43,877 nt of DNA from a virus (lineage: Duplodnaviria; Caudoviricetes), in IMG/VR virus record IMGVR_UViG_3300032074_000007, positions 1 to 43,877 of that record; one strand, 5' to 3'. Position 1 is the first letter of the stretch; each line of letters opens with the position of its first letter. Position numbers and translations under genes: made by a program. The notes below the pieces were generated by a model. The model did no database searches and was not told the origin of the DNA. It saw only the letters and a program-made list of their open reading frames with translations. Shown here one piece after another: positions 42,387 through 43,877 of the stretch.

Positions 42387-42645
42387 CTTCAGCCTCCACG
42401 CGCTTGTAGTAGACCTCTGGCACTTCCTCGATGCGCCCCATGTCCTGCACATGCAGCCACACACCATCCCGGTAGCTGGCTACGACGAATGCATCGTCAT
42501 CGACCTTGATGCCATCTTCCATCCCCTTGACGTGCATGTGGACATCGAGGTGGCCAGTCTTCGGGTCTATGAACCACCAGTTGCCCTCTTGGTACTCGTG
42601 GCTGTCCACCTCGCCGTTGATGCTGACGGTAACTCGAATACTCAT
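42376..42645 (-). CDS. Hypothetical protein (89 aa)
   Basis: Start moved to ATG 42645 (ATGA overlap). Confidence 0.65.
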   Translation of the reverse strand: MSIRVTVSINGEVDSHEYQEGNWWFIDPKTGHLDVHMHVKGMEDGIKVDDDAFVVASYRDGVWLHVQDMGRIEEVPEVYYKRVEAEDVS

Positions 42646-42848
42646 TCGTCTTCTCCCAGTTTCATTGGTTCTTGGATGTGCTTGGCATGCCACTGTGTGA
42701 CCACTGGTGGGATGTCAGCGCAGTTGAAGCACATCGCATCGACATCATTAGGTGATCTGTGATGCACCCACGCCATCGGGTTCTCACAGGCATGGAAAGC
42801 ACGCCAGATCTCTAGCTCTTTAACTAGTTGCTGGTATTCCTTGTCCAT
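42642..42848 (-). CDS. Small His/Cys protein (68 aa)
   Basis: Start moved to ATG 42848 (GAGG RBS); HAC...H...CFNC...H. Confidence 0.65.
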   Translation of the reverse strand: MDKEYQQLVKELEIWRAFHACENPMAWVHHRSPNDVDAMCFNCADIPPVVTQWHAKHIQEPMKLGEDE

Positions 42849-42858
42849 CGACCTCACC

Positions 42859-43074
42859 CTACGTTTCTGCAGTAGGTACAGCACACGCTAGCAGATCATC
42901 TAGATGTTTTGAACGTTGGATTTCATCTAATGTGTAGCGCTTGGGTTCAGTCATGCAGGCACACAGCAGAGTGGGCCAGTCATACAGCTCTCGATCTACA
43001 CGCTCCACCCTGGCGGTACGTACAGCTCCTCTGTACTCACAGGTGGGATGCATGCACACCACGTAGATGTTCAC
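42859..43074 (-). CDS. Small Cys-rich protein (71 aa)
   Basis: GTGA-coupled; CMHPTC...CAC. Confidence 0.6.
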   Translation of the reverse strand: MNIYVVCMHPTCEYRGAVRTARVERVDRELYDWPTLLCACMTEPKRYTLDEIQRSKHLDDLLACAVPTAET

Positions 43075-43376
43075 TGCGGGATGTCCTCGATGGAGTCGTA
43101 GACCGGCATGGCTAGATCGATGGCTAGGTCTACCTCGATCCCTGCTCCCCTAGAGCCTTCCCACCCCTTGAGCGTCATCACAGCATCAGCCGAGCACATC
43201 ATTGGGATGGTCCGCTTCATGTACCACTCCCAGGAGTGTGCCTCTCCCCCGTTGTCTACCGAGGCAGGATTCAGCGGTATGTGTCCCGCCGCTTCTAGCT
43301 CCTTGGCTGCTGCCTCGAAGGCTGGGTAGTTGAAGTCCTTGTATCCGGTCATTGGCCCCGCGATGTAGATCCTCAC
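43071..43376 (-). CDS. DUF4406 / nucleoside 2-deoxyribosyltransferase-like protein
   Basis: RIYIAGPMTG...NYPAF...LNPA...W..YM...D....L.GWE.SRGA..E signature. Confidence 0.85.
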   Translation of the reverse strand: MRIYIAGPMTGYKDFNYPAFEAAAKELEAAGHIPLNPASVDNGGEAHSWEWYMKRTIPMMCSADAVMTLKGWEGSRGAGIEVDLAIDLAMPVYDSIEDIPQ

Positions 43377-43537
43377 CAGTCGTCCTCCTCATCGGTGCCA
43401 TGCCAGATCTTGGCGAGCGCCTGAGTCAGGGTGACCAGAGTCTGAGCCGGTACGAAGTGCTCGTCGCAGGTGTCACAGCGCCATGCTGGCTTGGTCTCTT
43501 CTCTGCGTGTGATGACTGTGTGCTGGCACTCGTTCAT
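43373..43537 (-). CDS. 54-aa CxH...CxxC zinc-ribbon-like miniprotein (not in the ORF track)
   Basis: MNECQHTVITRREETKPAWRCDTCDEHFVPAQTLVTLTQALAKIWHGTDEEDDW; ATGA and GTGA overlaps on both sides. Confidence 0.75.
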   Translation of the reverse strand: MNECQHTVITRREETKPAWRCDTCDEHFVPAQTLVTLTQALAKIWHGTDEEDDW

Positions 43538-43722
43538 CCGAGAATCCTCCCGTCAGGGCTCAGGCACAGGTAGTTGTCGTTCTTGTCGTTGAACCACTTG
43601 ACGTAGCCACCCTTGGCTTTGCAGTTGTCCTCGACGCGCCCGTGGTACCAGACCACCGCTCCGATTGCGAGTACGAACAGCATGATGAAGGCTGCGATTG
43701 CCAGCCCGTCGTCACGATCCAC
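43534..43722 (-). CDS. Small single-pass membrane protein (62 aa)
   Basis: Start moved to GTG 43722 (AAGGAG RBS); TM helix then 'C.AKGG...C..PDGR'. Confidence 0.7.
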   Translation of the reverse strand: MDRDDGLAIAAFIMLFVLAIGAVVWYHGRVEDNCKAKGGYVKWFNDKNDNYLCLSPDGRILG

Positions 43723-43738
43723 CCGGTTTCTCCTTCTA

Positions 43739-43877
43739 CTAATCGATCCAGTTGACGGTTGTGGCCCCGCCATGGCCATGTACTGCGAGGGCATCCCAGA
43801 TGTTTTCCCAGACCACAGTGCTGGCGGTCTCTCCCCGCCACCTGATGACGGTCACCCCGTCTGGGAACTGCACACCG
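43739..43877 (-). CDS. Partial conserved phage protein (C-terminus only)
   Basis: ...GVQFPDGVTVIRWRGETASTVVWENIWDALAVHGHGGATTVNWID*; the 'GV.F.DG....RW...HGHGG.T...W.D' pattern is familiar from actinophage small proteins. Confidence 0.65.
   Translation of the reverse strand, partial: GVQFPDGVTVIRWRGETASTVVWENIWDALAVHGHGGATTVNWID

Noticed and set aside
1-43877. tRNA genes, integrase/att sites, introns/inteins, reverse transcriptase or DGR repeats, stop-codon recoding
   Set aside because: None recognised: intergenic gaps are short, core genes appear uninterrupted, and TGA, TAA and TAG all end genes at normal coupled junctions. A covariance-model scan was not possible.

Overview
A 43.9-kb segment of a tailed dsDNA phage (siphovirus-type, GC-rich, probably infecting Actinobacteria; host is inference). 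Every convincing gene is on the minus strand, and many are translationally coupled. Read in transcription order (right to left): a cluster of small Cys/His-rich proteins and a DUF4406 protein; portal; a thermonuclease, a papain-like protease and several unusual basic proteins; two large fibre-like proteins flanking a lysis cassette; a 993-aa protein; a MuF-like head protein; an XkdF/S78-type prohead protease; scaffold; capsid decoration and major capsid proteins; neck and tail genes with a -1 frameshifted chaperone; a tape measure with an M23 domain; and tail-tip genes. No terminase, integrase, tRNA or CRISPR is visible. The most striking signal is an apparent capsid-cargo system. At least five dispersed genes encode very basic, glycine-zipper 'polyproteins' built from modules delimited by (I/V/L)-x-K sites. 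Three begin with a shared WGVDHGxx(V/I)SK leader and two share a DLVFK[S/A]Y motif. The same (I/V/L)xK sites recur along the scaffold and flank the protease domain. The protease itself appears split: its His/Ser core is in one ORF, and the final E-I-S-L-V-D-x-x-A-N strand is at the N-terminus of the scaffold about 2 kb downstream. All family assignments come from motif recognition by eye; no searches were run.
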